Below, piece after piece: positions 63,891-64,000 of a stretch of DNA of 64,000 nt. Made by a program: the position numbers and the translations under genes. The notes beneath the pieces were generated by a model. That model was not told where the DNA came from and ran no database searches. It worked only from the letters and a program-made list of their open reading frames with translations. This stretch comes from Candidatus Omnitrophota bacterium (GTDB lineage: Bacteria > Omnitrophota > Gorgyraeia > JAGLLT01). The stretch lies in contig DAOVJY010000002.1 of assembly GCA_030632085.1 (NCBI GenBank), positions 13,325-77,324 of the forward strand, read 5' to 3'. Position 1 is the first letter of the stretch. Every line of letters starts with the position of its first letter.

Positions 63891-64000
63891 ATGCTAGCGG
63901 TTAATAATCTTCTTTCAGAGTGCATTAATAAAAACGCGTCAGATCTTCATATCACTTTAGGTAAACCTCCGATTTTACGTCTTAACGGCGGTTTAATTCC
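63891..64000 (+). CDS. pilT: twitching motility ATPase PilT, N-terminus (runs off the window)
   Basis: MLAVNNLLSECINKNASDLHITLGKPPILRLNGGLI is the canonical PilT N-terminus. Confidence 0.8.
   Translation, partial: MLAVNNLLSECINKNASDLHITLGKPPILRLNGGLI

Overview
This window is AT-rich (roughly 35-38% GC by eye). Every gene I can support lies on the + strand. It looks like a chromosomal segment of an anaerobic, probably uncultivated, bacterium, judging from pyruvate:ferredoxin oxidoreductase, NfnAB-like ferredoxin:NADP oxidoreductase, GTP-type PEP carboxykinase, several ferredoxins and no respiratory genes. Housekeeping content: carA (5' cut by the window edge), carB N-terminal half only, purF, mnmG, guaA, purC, trkAH, a CDF transporter, rnhB, trxA, an aspartate aminotransferase/LeuCD-like/IDH/MDH block, apbE, surA-pdxA-rsmA, gatCAB, ctpA, tsaD, mgtC, pit with its DUF47 partner, and pilB with the start of pilT. 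Accessory and unusual content: (1) two type II TA pairs (RHH-RelE and VapBC); (2) a truncated REP-associated tyrosine transposase (RAYT) remnant and at least three further gene remnants (DJ-1/PfpI, ccdA-thioredoxin fusion, mfd); (3) a Fur-headed cluster of DUF5320 Gly/Arg-rich proteins, two NifX/NafY-like DUF134 proteins, a methyltransferase, a Nox/CoADR-type flavoprotein, a tandem-duplicated MinD-type ATPase with inserted ferredoxin domains, DUF89 and an MBL hydrolase, which is my best candidate for an uncharacterised system; (4) a lineage-specific family of modular, strand-asymmetric A/C-rich intergenic repeats found at four loci, one of which supplies the last codons and the stop of the PFOR gene; (5) a conserved cis-element family in front of at least five redox and central-metabolism genes, consisting of an 11-bp perfect palindrome with a 9-nt spacer (three copies, one with the spacer inverted) followed by TTAATTC, a hairpin with compensatory stem changes, and CCTC-ATTAAGGAG in which the Shine-Dalgarno pairs with CCTC; (6) a bactofilin fused to an excisionase-type HTH next to a membrane-anchored HTH paralog; (7) a possible protein-only RNase P (HARP/MJ0950-like PIN protein). 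No rRNA, tRNA or CRISPR array was found.
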